From Nitrosopumilus sp. (GTDB lineage Archaea > Thermoproteota > Nitrososphaeria > Nitrososphaerales > Nitrosopumilaceae), in the NCBI GenBank assembly GCA_965207445.1, contig CBDBLX010000002.1, forward strand, positions 1,111,849 through 1,175,848: a stretch of DNA of 64,000 nucleotides. Direction: 5' to 3'. A model generated the notes under the pieces. It did no database searches. It was not told the DNA's origin and saw only the letters and a program-made list of their open reading frames with translations. How positions within the stretch are numbered: the first letter of the stretch is position 1; each line of letters starts with the position of its first letter. Shown here piece by piece: positions 33,758 to 43,882 of the stretch. A program made the position numbers and the translations under genes.

Positions 33758-33803
33758 GTAAGCGTTCATGTCCAATTATTAATGATCATGAATAGGCCCG
33801 CCA
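33758..33803. mobile_element. Orphan IS66-type terminus (family C)
   Basis: GTAAGCGTTCATGTCCAATTATTAATGATCATGAATAGGCCCGCC; diverged copy GTAAACGTTCAGGTCTAATTATTATAATCATAAATAGGCACGCC at 35824. Confidence 0.5.
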
Positions 33804-33893
33804 GCACGGGCCAATTAATGATATCACAGAGGATAATTCAGAATTGATTATATCTAGATGTAAGGTGATGGGTATGATAATCCGAGTTGTGAG

Positions 33894-34631
33894 GTAACTA
33901 TTTTACTTTTTGAAGCGCACACATAAAGTAAATGATCATGCGCATTTTTCTAATCATAATGATCTCGACATCATATATTCATATATAAACAATTGGCAAG
34001 GATGACGCGCAATTGATTATAATATGCAGATGAGCACACAGATGATTCTGTAGTTTTAGCCGGGTTTGCATGCCTTGCACAACATATCAAAAAAGATCTC
34101 ACCTCTGATCTTATCAGTTGCAAGCAGTGTAAATAATATTGAGTTGGCCTCCATACCCGAGACGTTCTGTTTCCACCACTATCACCCTCATCATTTTTAT
34201 TGATACAAATACTCGATTAGTTCGTTCAACGTCATTGTTGTCTGGCGGCACACCCTTTATGTGTAAAAATGTGCTCATGTTGTATCCTTCGCGTTCCCAT
34301 CTCTTTTTTTTGAATCTGTTTATTATGCCCTCTTTGTCACCGGCCCAATCTTTTCCTTTGTCCAATCACTGTTCATTAGTTGGCGCAGTTGGCTATCCAA
34401 GTAATATGAGGCCACTTGTCGTGTGTGAGGATCGTCTATTTTGTCTTCACGATGATCTAATATCGTTTCTGTCTATCATTTTATTTACGCTCAATGATAG
34501 ATGGAGGCGTTTTGATTTAACACCCCTTACGTTAAATTATACACGTCTTTGATCAATTTTTTTAAACCAAAATTATCATAATGTATAATCATAAGAATTT
34601 AAGTGTCCACTTCAAAATGCAAAATAGTTAC
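33894..34631 (-). mobile_element. Internally deleted IS66-family element (family A), both termini present
   Basis: GTAACTATTTTACTTTTTGAAG ... CTTCAAAATGCAAAATAGTTAC; contains the PPDNNDVERTNRVFV transposase tail. Confidence 0.88.
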
Positions 34632-34711
34632 TTAATGTTTGTCTTGTACTAGAAATTACCTTGTACTAAAAATCAACACAAGATATAACCACTGCATAAA
34701 TAGAAAACTAT

Positions 34712-35290
34712 ATGGCAAAAGATACTACAAACAAGACTTCCTCATCTGAGAATAACCGAATCGCTGCAAGAACACGACGGCAGCGTGGATATCAGTGGGA
34801 AGATACGCTTGTAAAACGATTCAACTCACAAAAAGATTGGCATGCATTTAGACTTGGTTCTCCAAGTGTTGGTTTACCTGATATTTTAGCAGTAAATAAA
34901 AAAACTAAACACCTGATAGTGATTGAAGCAAAATCGGGTTCTGGTAATGTGTTGTTTGTACCTACTGAGCAAGTTGAGCGTTGTTTGAGTTGGACTGACA
35001 CATTTTCATTGTACAAAAAGCGGTATGTTATACTTGCATACAAGTTTAATTCAAAGATGCGTATTGGTTCTGGACAATACAAACACCGGGAACTTCGTGA
35101 GTTTTACAAAGTACGTTCACCACGATCAAAACCTATAGAATGTATATGCACATATGATGGAAAGTTTTACACAAAAAGAAAAGGACAACATAAAATACAT
35201 AAAACACAGATCAAAGATGCCGAGTGTATAATGCCATTTAAGACAAAACAACCTATTGACATACAAAGTGATGCGCGAATGATTTTTTAG
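34712..35290 (+). CDS. Holliday junction resolvase Hjc-like PD-(D/E)XK nuclease
   Basis: RGYQWEDTLV...GLPDILAV...VIEAKS. Confidence 0.8.
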   Translation: MAKDTTNKTSSSENNRIAARTRRQRGYQWEDTLVKRFNSQKDWHAFRLGSPSVGLPDILAVNKKTKHLIVIEAKSGSGNVLFVPTEQVERCLSWTDTFSLYKKRYVILAYKFNSKMRIGSGQYKHRELREFYKVRSPRSKPIECICTYDGKFYTKRKGQHKIHKTQIKDAECIMPFKTKQPIDIQSDARMIF

Positions 35291-35312
35291 TAATACGAAT
35301 GTATGATATGTA

Positions 35313-35765
35313 ATGTCTTCAAGAGACTTTGAGGGAGAAGAACCTGCTGCTGAGGAGACTAGGTCATTGCTTGATACTATAAACGATGCAGAGGCAAGTG
35401 GCCGCACAAGCTTTGAAGAGTTTACAGATGAACGGATGCTTACTAGTTATGATGTATTTCGAACAAAACAAATGAAGATAAAGGTGTTAGAAGTATCTGA
35501 TGAAATTCCTGCATCACGATGGAAGTTTGGTGATAGAGTAAAGGTGACAAAGATACTTGTGACTATAAAACATTTGACTACCCAAGATGTCGAGGAGGCT
35601 GAATTTGACATTGAGGCAATTGAGCGAGAACTGGCAGAAAAACGTCACTATACATCAACTAACAGATGGGTATCTACAGCAGATATCAAAAATGGTTATG
35701 TCCTTGGTACACGTCATACTCGACTAATAAGTGATGCATCTGCGCTTGATTATATTGTGTTTTAA
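35313..35765 (+). CDS. Conserved hypothetical protein
   Basis: 150-aa ORF co-oriented 22 bp after the resolvase. Confidence 0.75.
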   Translation: MSSRDFEGEEPAAEETRSLLDTINDAEASGRTSFEEFTDERMLTSYDVFRTKQMKIKVLEVSDEIPASRWKFGDRVKVTKILVTIKHLTTQDVEEAEFDIEAIERELAEKRHYTSTNRWVSTADIKNGYVLGTRHTRLISDASALDYIVF

Positions 35766-36164
35766 ACTGATGTTGAATTTAGATTTCATGTGTTGTCGTT
35801 TTATATCTTAACTGTGTGCTAAAGTAAACGTTCAGGTCTAATTATTATAATCATAAATAGGCACGCCTGCTCCAACCACCGAATTGTATAGTTATTTCAT
35901 GTTGTATATATTAACTATATACTCAAATACACTTTTGTATATGATAGGGTGTGTTGTTGTTGATGATACGTGTAAATGGTAATTATGTTTTTAATAATAC
36001 GGTGCTTTAACAATATACTGATTATATGATATGATACATCACTACCATCAACTAACACAGTTTGATTTTGATGTGTAATTTGCCGAATCTGATGAAAATT
36101 ACGTCATATTATTGAGAAATAATTGAGCGTCAAAAGTTATAAGCATATACTTTAGAGTTCTTTT

Positions 36165-36500
36165 ATGAGTTCACGCGAATTCAATGTGAATGGAACCGAT
36201 TATCGTATAATGTTAACAGATCAGATCATTGAGCGAGTCAATACTTTACGTACACTATATGGCGCTGCATATGAGGATCCTGAGAGCTTTGAGAACCTTA
36301 GTGCCGAAATATCTGCCACCATACATGAGATTGCAGCTGACGTCGAACCAGCAGTAGGTGACAGCGACCTTGATGGCATGATACAAGAGGTTATCAAGGC
36401 AGTTGACAACAAAGCAGAGGCACGAGAGAATGAACTCAATGAGAAAAATTCCACTAGCAAAGGCAAGAAAACACGAAAACCTCGTGCAAAAAAGAACTAG
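36165..36500 (+). CDS. Conserved hypothetical protein (acidic body, basic tail)
   Basis: 111-aa ORF with TATA-like TTATAAG about 28 bp upstream. Confidence 0.75.
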   Translation: MSSREFNVNGTDYRIMLTDQIIERVNTLRTLYGAAYEDPESFENLSAEISATIHEIAADVEPAVGDSDLDGMIQEVIKAVDNKAEARENELNEKNSTSKGKKTRKPRAKKN

Positions 36501-36640
36501 TTTTTGTTGAAATATTTGACTTTACATCTAGTCGTCGTTGCATGAGCATCTGCCCCTCATGTGCCTTATACACCCAAACAATCTATGGTCAGGACAGCCA
36601 CACAATATACACCCTCTCTTTGATCTACCTTTGTTATCTT

Positions 36641-37015
36641 TCATAATTCTTCTATCAACTCTTTTACAGACTCTATTGTTTTTTTATCATTTAATGCATC
36701 TAATATCTTTATACGCATGTTATTGATGCGCATCGCATCATCGTTGTACAATGCATACATTGCATTCAACTCACCCTCAAAATCGTACTCGTCTAAATAT
36801 TTGGTAAACTTTACGCGCAGTGGTCCAAAGTCTGATGATATGATACTGGACTCTGGAATGTTTGATAATATGGCACGCATAAAACCGTTTATTCTAAGCA
36901 ACTCTCTCTTTACTCCATTAATGTCAAGTGGTGTATTTTTTATGTCACCTAGTATATCATACGATGCTGTCACTTGTACTAGTATCTTACAAAGATGCTC
37001 TGCATACGTGACCAA
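36641..37015 (-). CDS. Hypothetical helical protein
   Basis: 124-aa ORF with amphipathic helices. Confidence 0.65.
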   Translation of the reverse strand: MVTYAEHLCKILVQVTASYDILGDIKNTPLDINGVKRELLRINGFMRAILSNIPESSIISSDFGPLRVKFTKYLDEYDFEGELNAMYALYNDDAMRINNMRIKILDALNDKKTIESVKELIEEL

Positions 37016-37431
37016 TGTTTGTTGTTTGTGTTATCTTAATCTAAACATTACCACACAATACATGCATCAGTGTGTAATAGTCGTTTAATCTTTGTATTCA
37101 TATAGTATATGAAGTGGTCTAATCTATACCTAAATTATGTACAAGTTGAATGGTTGCAAAAAAGTATGTTTAAATCATTTGTCCAATTAAAATCCACATA
37201 CAAAAAAAGTAACTATAGATGATCTGTTGCAACTATGCTTTTTAGTTTGATACAAAAAAGAAATGATATATTATAATAAAGTATATTCATTTTTTCAATT
37301 ATTATATAAAGTAAAAATATATGATGGCTACAGTATACCAAACTTGAGTTGTATTGTATCATTTTAATCATGAACTTGAACTGTTATTATTTTTGAGAAC
37401 TAATAACATAAATGCTTAAAAAAAGCCACAC

Positions 37432-38787
37432 ATGTCATCAAGCATGAATGATAATAGACGTGCATACTTGGAGTGTATACATCCAAAGTGCCACATTAAA
37501 TACGATATAACCAAAACATCTGTGGTATGTGAATGTGGACACTTGCTTGATGTAAAGTATGAGCATGGGCCACATCAAAAACTAAAAGAGGTATTTTATC
37601 AGCGACGCAACTCACAAGGAAATATATTTGATGAGAGTGGTGTTTGGAGATTTCGTGAATTGTTAAACTTTGCTCAAATTGACACTGATGATATCCATAT
37701 GTGTGCCAAGACACTTGTATCACTTGATGGTTCTGAGGGACGGCAGGCAAAACCATATCATATGTCCAAAGCAGCCGAGTTTATTGGAATGCAAAACGAT
37801 ACCTTGTGGTTACAACCTGAAGGGTATAATCCGAGTGGCTCGTTTAAAGACAATGGTATGGCAACTGCTGTCACACATGCAAAGATGATCGGAGCGGACC
37901 GTATCGTATGTGCTTCTACCGGTAACACATCTGCATCTGCAGGAATGTTTGCTGCAAATGAGGGTATGGACTGTGATGTGTATATCCCTGCAGGCCAGAT
38001 CGCACCTGGAAAACTCAGTCAAGCGTACCAATTCGGAGCTCAAATTGTAGAGGTCGATGGAAATTTTGATGATGCACTTCAACAATCACTCAATGAAGCA
38101 AAGACTGGTGGTGGATATACCGTAAACTCGATAAATCCATTTCGCATAGAAGGACAAAAGACGATTCCATTTCGGGCATTAGAATATTTGAATTGGAATG
38201 TTCCTGATTGGATAGTATATCCTGGTGGTGCATTGGGAAATACATCAAGCTGTGGCAAGGCCATAATGGAGTTGTATGAGTGGGGATGGATCAAGAAAAT
38301 GCCACGAATTGCAGTGGTAAATGCCAAAGGCGCAAGTACATTATCGGACTTGTACAATGGTGAGTTTGAGGATACAAAACTGCGATGGAACAAGGGGTTA
38401 ACTGATGAGGAATTCATATCCAAATATTATGCTAAAATGGATGCCCATCATGTACGTCCAAACACCAAAGCTACTGCAATACAGATAGGAAGGCCTGCTA
38501 ATATCATAAAGGGATTGCGAGCATTAGAGATTACTGATGGAGTGGTCATTACAGTATCTGATTCTCAAATGCTCGATGGTATGTCCGTTGTAGGATTAAA
38601 TGGGTTTGACTGTGAGATGGCATCAGGTGCCACTGTTGCTGGGATTAAGCAACTCGTTGAACAAGAGGTCATACGTAGTGACGATACAGTAGTTGGTATC
38701 CTGACAGGTAGACAAAAAGATGCAATGCTTCCTGTAGAGTATCATCAAGACTCTAGCAACCGATTTGCAATACCGCCCAAAAAATAA
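37432..38787 (+). CDS. thrC: Threonine synthase
   Basis: NPSGSFKDNG, CASTGNTSAS, NSINPFRIEGQKT, PGGALGN, ATAIQIG. Confidence 0.95.
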   Translation: MSSSMNDNRRAYLECIHPKCHIKYDITKTSVVCECGHLLDVKYEHGPHQKLKEVFYQRRNSQGNIFDESGVWRFRELLNFAQIDTDDIHMCAKTLVSLDGSEGRQAKPYHMSKAAEFIGMQNDTLWLQPEGYNPSGSFKDNGMATAVTHAKMIGADRIVCASTGNTSASAGMFAANEGMDCDVYIPAGQIAPGKLSQAYQFGAQIVEVDGNFDDALQQSLNEAKTGGGYTVNSINPFRIEGQKTIPFRALEYLNWNVPDWIVYPGGALGNTSSCGKAIMELYEWGWIKKMPRIAVVNAKGASTLSDLYNGEFEDTKLRWNKGLTDEEFISKYYAKMDAHHVRPNTKATAIQIGRPANIIKGLRALEITDGVVITVSDSQMLDGMSVVGLNGFDCEMASGATVAGIKQLVEQEVIRSDDTVVGILTGRQKDAMLPVEYHQDSSNRFAIPPKK

Positions 38788-38788
38788 A

Positions 38789-38965
38789 CTAGGGCCCAGT
38801 TGTAATGCTAGTGAGCATCTCCCACATAACGTATGCCCCGATCCCAATGCCTATTGCACCCATTGCCATTGCCATTACGAGAAAACTTTTACGTTCTGCC
38901 ACTATATCTGTTGTTGTACTGTGTCTATTATTTTGGTTTTGTTTTTTACTGTTGCCACATGACAA
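38789..38965 (-). CDS. Small single-TM protein (58 aa, TTG start; below the ORF-track cutoff)
   Basis: Manual translation ...AERKSFLVMAMAMGAIGIGIGAYVMWEMLTSITTGP*. Confidence 0.4.
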   Translation of the reverse strand: MSCGNSKKQNQNNRHSTTTDIVAERKSFLVMAMAMGAIGIGIGAYVMWEMLTSITTGP

Positions 38966-39135
38966 TAATTTTTGTCTCTAGTTTTGATTGCATGTGTGGT
39001 ATTAATGTATGTATATATATGCATGTATATATGATATTCAAATTACACCAAAACTATATTGACATTATATAAATATATTCATTTAAATTTAACAGATATT
39101 TGTCTAATTATATAATTGCTGTGTCATTGTTTTTA

Positions 39136-40083
39136 TTATTTTTGTTCATTTATTTTTGAATCTATCTCTGCATTTAGTATAGACAACACACCCATGATCG
39201 ACTCATCAAGTCTGACTGTTGCAGTCCGTTGATTTGGGAAAAAATTCAATACGCGCGCATTACTCATTGAACTAGTACTACCGCCCAAGATTTCATGCAC
39301 TCCGCGCTCAGGTGAACCAAACACAACTAGTATGTCTGATGTATCGCGAAGTATTCGTGATTTTGTACTATCTTGAGTGTTGTTTGTATCTTGTCTGTTT
39401 TTGGCAAATGCAGATTTACCTTTTCTAGATGTTATTATGGTTTGCCCGTGTGACTTGTTCCATTCTATTAGCAATGATTGCAGTGACGCACGTTGCTTTA
39501 CTGTATATCCCCAGTATACATCTATGTCATCTTTGTTAATTGTTGTATATTTGATATTAGGTGTAGTCTCTTTGATTATAATCGCGACACGTTTACCTGG
39601 TTTTCCTTTTTCACCGCTTGTCTGTAATAGGTGTTCTCCTCCAACATCTATAAACTGCCTCCCCCGTACAGTTACAATTACACCTTCTCGTATCTGACCT
39701 TTTTTTAGTGATCTTGTAGTGTTATGACTTGGTATCTGTAATGGTAGCATCACCCCTGCAAACTTTAGATAGTTGTTTTGTGTGAATAATCGTTTTCTCA
39801 AAAATTGCGGTGTCTCCAGATATCGCAATGTCATGACGAGCAACTCTGCATCTGACTTACTATTGCTATGTTTTAATCCCCGTTTGTATTTACCATCATC
39901 TTTATAATTACTGTACTTTGATCTTTTATCTGCAATTACACCATTTCCTTCTTTGTATACGTATATTGTATGAACTCCGAATATGGCGCATGCTCTTGCA
40001 ATAACTGATATCTTGCGCATCTTTGCTGACTTTAATGACTCGTCTGATAATGACGACTCTGGAATTGCAACTGAGATCTTCAA
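39136..40083 (-). CDS. SPOUT-class RNA methyltransferase (DUF171/C9orf114-like)
   Basis: ISVAIPES, ARACAIFGV, YLETPQFLRK, VVFGSPERG, PNQRTATVRLDE. Confidence 0.92.
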   Translation of the reverse strand: MKISVAIPESSLSDESLKSAKMRKISVIARACAIFGVHTIYVYKEGNGVIADKRSKYSNYKDDGKYKRGLKHSNSKSDAELLVMTLRYLETPQFLRKRLFTQNNYLKFAGVMLPLQIPSHNTTRSLKKGQIREGVIVTVRGRQFIDVGGEHLLQTSGEKGKPGKRVAIIIKETTPNIKYTTINKDDIDVYWGYTVKQRASLQSLLIEWNKSHGQTIITSRKGKSAFAKNRQDTNNTQDSTKSRILRDTSDILVVFGSPERGVHEILGGSTSSMSNARVLNFFPNQRTATVRLDESIMGVLSILNAEIDSKINEQK

Positions 40084-40110
40084 ATGTAATGATTATTATT
40101 ATTATTATTA

Positions 40111-40848
40111 TTATTTTTGCTCTTCTGCATACTCTGTTTTTGCCACTGTCGCATACTCTGTCACATCTTTTGCAGAAACGTCCTCGTATCTTTCAGTTGC
40201 AGTCTTTATATGTGCCATTCTTATATGATCTGTACTCTCCTTGTCTTCACTTGCTTTGTAGATGCCTGCTGCTGCTAGTATGGATGCATTCTCAATTGAG
40301 AGGTCGTCTGAATAATTTTTATCCAAAAATTCTGTAGTCTGATCAGAACCTGCCCCAATGGCAACTGCATCATATGATATGTATGTGCCACTCGGGTCAG
40401 TTAGGAATAATTGTGGTGTGCTGTTCACAACACCGCCTAGTATAAGCGCAACACCAAATGGTCTCACGCCGCCAAACTGTGTGTACTGTTGTGATTGGTC
40501 CGCAAGATGCTTTGCAATTGTCTCAACTTCTACTGGCTCATCATATATGAGATGATTACTTTGTGCAAAAAAGCGTGCATCATCAGATTGACTTCTAGCA
40601 TCTGGTATGTACCCTGCTGCTGCAACACCTACGTGATCGTCGATTTGAAATATTTTTTGTGGAGATGTGGATATCTGTAACTTTTGTATCTTTTCTTCTA
40701 CAGCTATAACAATGCCATCTTTGCATTTTATTCCAAGTGCAATGGCACCTCGTCTAACAGTCTCTATGGCATATTCAACTTGATATAGTCGGCCGTCAGG
40801 TGAGAATATAGTGATTGCTCTATCGTACCCTTGTTGTGCTGGAAGCAT
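40111..40848 (-). CDS. psmA: Proteasome subunit alpha
   Basis: GYDRAITIFSPDGRLYQVEYA signature, RPFGVAL, TDPSG. Confidence 0.97.
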   Translation of the reverse strand: MLPAQQGYDRAITIFSPDGRLYQVEYAIETVRRGAIALGIKCKDGIVIAVEEKIQKLQISTSPQKIFQIDDHVGVAAAGYIPDARSQSDDARFFAQSNHLIYDEPVEVETIAKHLADQSQQYTQFGGVRPFGVALILGGVVNSTPQLFLTDPSGTYISYDAVAIGAGSDQTTEFLDKNYSDDLSIENASILAAAGIYKASEDKESTDHIRMAHIKTATERYEDVSAKDVTEYATVAKTEYAEEQK

Positions 40849-40900
40849 AAATGAACGACATATTTCGTTAATTTAAGCTATACTTTTGTATTATTGTATC

Positions 40901-40982
40901 ATGTGTATGGGACCTGATGTGTATAGGACATGATGATGTGTATGGGACCTGATGTGTATAGGACATGATGATGTGTATGGGA
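40901..40982. repeat. 35-bp tandem repeat (2.3 copies)
   Basis: Unit ATGTGTATGGGACCTGATGTGTATAGGACATGATG. Confidence 0.9.
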
Positions 40983-41004
40983 TCTGCGTGTTGACTTGTC
41001 ATCA

Positions 41005-41169
41005 TCATGCAACCACCAAATTCCACGTTACGGTACCAAATACTATATTATTGTGCCCATGTCGCATGTGACGTTCCTCGTGTCTGCGCTTTCTCACATC
41101 TTGTAGGTTGTCTGCAGGAAGGAGTTGTTTACACAATGAACATTGCCACTTTTTGACTTGCAATTTCAT
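41005..41169 (-). CDS. Small C2H2-type zinc-finger protein (54 aa; below the ORF-track cutoff)
   Basis: Manual translation MKLQVKKWQCSLCKQLLPADNLQDVRKRRHEERHMRHGHNNIVFGTVTWNLVVA*. Confidence 0.55.
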   Translation of the reverse strand: MKLQVKKWQCSLCKQLLPADNLQDVRKRRHEERHMRHGHNNIVFGTVTWNLVVA

Positions 41170-41254
41170 ATGGTTAATTTTGATGTATATACAGTTTTGA
41201 ATTCTCTTGTAAATGTGATTGTCATTTGACCTCTAATCTGTCAGTGAGATGGCT

Positions 41255-41332
41255 GTAACCGTTCAACCCCATACCTGCGCCAGACGTTAGGTGGTGAATT
41301 TGTGCCTACATGGGAAGGAGTTGAACGGTTAC
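41255..41332. mobile_element. 78-bp MITE (family B) with 9-bp target-site duplication
   Basis: GTAACCGTTCAACCCC...GGAGTTGAACGGTTAC flanked by GAGATGGCT at 41246-41254 and 41333-41341. Confidence 0.92.
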
Positions 41333-41649
41333 GAGATGGCTATAAAACATACCTAAATTGTGGCAGATTACAATTCGTGTGAGCCAAGATCATTACATAT
41401 GATAATAAAATTACATATTTGTATTTGGTCATATTTATGTCTGTATATCATGTATCATACATGCGCTACATTTGCCTAAAAGTTATTTTAAATGATTATT
41501 TAATTATGGAAATTACTTTACACAATGATTCTACACGAGTTTTAATATCTTGTACAATGTCATTGCATCGTGAAACGTACATGACACCCATTTTACCATA
41601 TACAATTGTTTTCTAGCGAAATATATCGCGCATCATTTCATAATAGTTT

Positions 41650-41754
41650 TTAGCGCGCAGCATCAAAGCCACCAATTGCAGGTGAGCCAATTATAACTGC
41701 TGCAACCACTACTATACCAAGTGCCAATCCAACTATAACATATCTCTTGTTCAT
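41650..41754 (-). CDS. Small membrane peptide (34 aa)
   Basis: Manual translation MNKRYVIVGLALGIVVVAAVIIGSPAIGGFDAAR*; TATA-like element upstream; divergent from ccdA. Confidence 0.55.
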   Translation of the reverse strand: MNKRYVIVGLALGIVVVAAVIIGSPAIGGFDAAR

Positions 41755-41871
41755 ACTGTGACTATATACTCTTTAAATATAAAGTACACCATTATTTTTC
41801 TCATGTTACATATTAAAATATTTTTTAAGATTTGGAATAATCTTTTAGTGTATTTACACACACCATAACAT

Positions 41872-42666
41872 ATGGCAGAAATTACACTTGCAATAGCAGC
41901 TCTTGCAGGATTGGGCTCCTTTGCTGCTCCCTGTATCTTACCTATGATCCCTGCATTTTTAGCATACATATCAGGAACGACGATCTCAGAGTTAACTCAA
42001 AAAGATGCGGCGCACAATACTAGTGGCAGCAATAACGATAAAAAAATTACCACCACTAATACATCATCTACAAAGACAGTATCAATTAATCGCACAAATA
42101 TTGTACTCAACTCTGTCTTTTTTGTACTAGGATTCTCAATAGTGTTCTCTGTTGTAGGTGTTTTGATTAACAGTGTGTTGTCACAGTATACAGGTGATCT
42201 AGTACAAGGACTCAACCAAGTAGGGGGTATCATTATAGTATCATTTGGTGTATTTTTGTTACTGTCACTGAAAATTAGACAGTTGAATATGGAACGCAAG
42301 TTTATGCCCAAAGGAGCAAAGACTGGATACCCAATGTCATTTGTGTTTGGACTTGCATTTGCAGTAGGCTGGACTCCTTGTGTTGGACCTATACTGGGAA
42401 CTATATTGACATTAGCAGCTACTACACCATCTGCGGCATTTAATTTACTGCTAGTATACTCGTTAGGATTGGGCATTCCATTTATACTGATAGGAATATT
42501 CTACTCTAGAGCAACACGAATGATACGTGCAATGTCTAGGCACTTGAAATATTACAATCCAATACTAGGCGGATTTATCATACTATTGGGCATACTGGTG
42601 TTTACAAATCAACTTGCACAGATTGCAAACTTTCCACTACTAAATGAGTTGTTATTCCTAGGGTGA
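41872..42666 (+). CDS. ccdA: Cytochrome c biogenesis/thiol-disulfide transporter CcdA
   Basis: SFAAPCILPMIPAFL and GWTPCVGPILG motifs; six TM segments. Confidence 0.93.
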   Translation: MAEITLAIAALAGLGSFAAPCILPMIPAFLAYISGTTISELTQKDAAHNTSGSNNDKKITTTNTSSTKTVSINRTNIVLNSVFFVLGFSIVFSVVGVLINSVLSQYTGDLVQGLNQVGGIIIVSFGVFLLLSLKIRQLNMERKFMPKGAKTGYPMSFVFGLAFAVGWTPCVGPILGTILTLAATTPSAAFNLLLVYSLGLGIPFILIGIFYSRATRMIRAMSRHLKYYNPILGGFIILLGILVFTNQLAQIANFPLLNELLFLG

Positions 42667-42670
42667 TGAT

Positions 42671-43798
42671 ATGAGATCAGAGTTAAGAACGGCAATAATA
42701 TTGGTATCTGTAATAGCAATAGGAATTGGTACATTGAGTGTCGCACTAACAACACTTGATACCCAACCTTCATCTATACCAAATGGCATATCTAACAGTG
42801 ACGGCACATCCAATCTACTCTCAATTGACAAGTCAGGATTCAAGATGGCACCAGGTATAGTAGGCATTGCAGATTACATCAATATCACACCACAAGAGTT
42901 GGATGAAAAGATCAAAGATAGTGTGGTGTTGTATGATATTTGGACGTATAGTTGCATCAACTGTATACGTACACTACCATACATCACAGCATGGGATGAA
43001 AAGTATGCTGACCAAGGATTATTAATCATTGGAATACACTCTCCAGAATTTGAGTTTGAAAAGGATATTGAAAATGTGAACAGAGCAGTAGAGAAACATG
43101 GTATCATGTATCCAGTTGTACTAGATAATGATTGGGAGACGTGGGATGCATTTGAGAATAGATATTGGCCACGCAAGTTCATAGCGGACCATGAAGGGTA
43201 CATCAGATACGACAAAATTGGCGAGGGAGGATACAAAGAGACCGAACAGATGATACAACAACTATTAGCAGAACGTGCAGCGTCACTTGGATTGCAAGCA
43301 GCTGCGGCAGATACACTAGTGGATATTGAAGAGTTTGAGCATACTGCATTTCGTACACCAGAGTTGTACTTTGGGTATTACTTTGCACAGAATCGAAATA
43401 ATTTGGGTAGCCAAGAAGGATTTAATCCAGGACAGACCATAACATATGAAGAGCCAGATAATGTAAATCAGAATAAATTTTACATGGTAGGCACATGGAC
43501 CAATGGTCGTGACGGCATGGCACTTGTCAGTGACGAGGGCAAAGTCTTGTTGTTGTATAGTGCAAAAGAGGTCAATATAGTAGCATCAGGTAAGAGTACC
43601 ATTAAAGTACTAGTTGACGGCAAACCCATCAGCTCATCAATTGCAGGTACTGATGTCGATATTGGTACAAGTACCATTGTAACAGATACACCGCGTCTTT
43701 ACAACGTGATAAGTGCGCAGGCGAGCTCTACGCACAATCTCGAGTTGCATGTACAAAATGGTGGCAACTTTGAGATATTCACATTTACATTTGGTTAA
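42671..43798 (+). CDS. Membrane-anchored redoxin (DipZ-like thioredoxin plus C-terminal domain)
   Basis: WTYSCINC, GIHSPEFEFEK, NRYWP, TPELYFG, FTFTFG. Confidence 0.92.
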   Translation: MRSELRTAIILVSVIAIGIGTLSVALTTLDTQPSSIPNGISNSDGTSNLLSIDKSGFKMAPGIVGIADYINITPQELDEKIKDSVVLYDIWTYSCINCIRTLPYITAWDEKYADQGLLIIGIHSPEFEFEKDIENVNRAVEKHGIMYPVVLDNDWETWDAFENRYWPRKFIADHEGYIRYDKIGEGGYKETEQMIQQLLAERAASLGLQAAAADTLVDIEEFEHTAFRTPELYFGYYFAQNRNNLGSQEGFNPGQTITYEEPDNVNQNKFYMVGTWTNGRDGMALVSDEGKVLLLYSAKEVNIVASGKSTIKVLVDGKPISSSIAGTDVDIGTSTIVTDTPRLYNVISAQASSTHNLELHVQNGGNFEIFTFTFG

Positions 43799-43801
43799 TT
43801 A

Positions 43802-43848
43802 TGTCACCGTGCATATATGTCACCGCGGTGACACAACCAACGGTGACA
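43802..43848. promoter_or_regulatory. Nested palindromic TGTCACCG/CGGTGACA sites just upstream of the cdvB promoter
   Basis: TGTCACCG at 43802 and 43818, CGGTGACA at 43826 and 43841; TATA-like CTTTAAAG at ~43855. Confidence 0.55.
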
Positions 43849-43882
43849 GATGTACTTTAAAGATGTTTAAGAATAGAGATTA

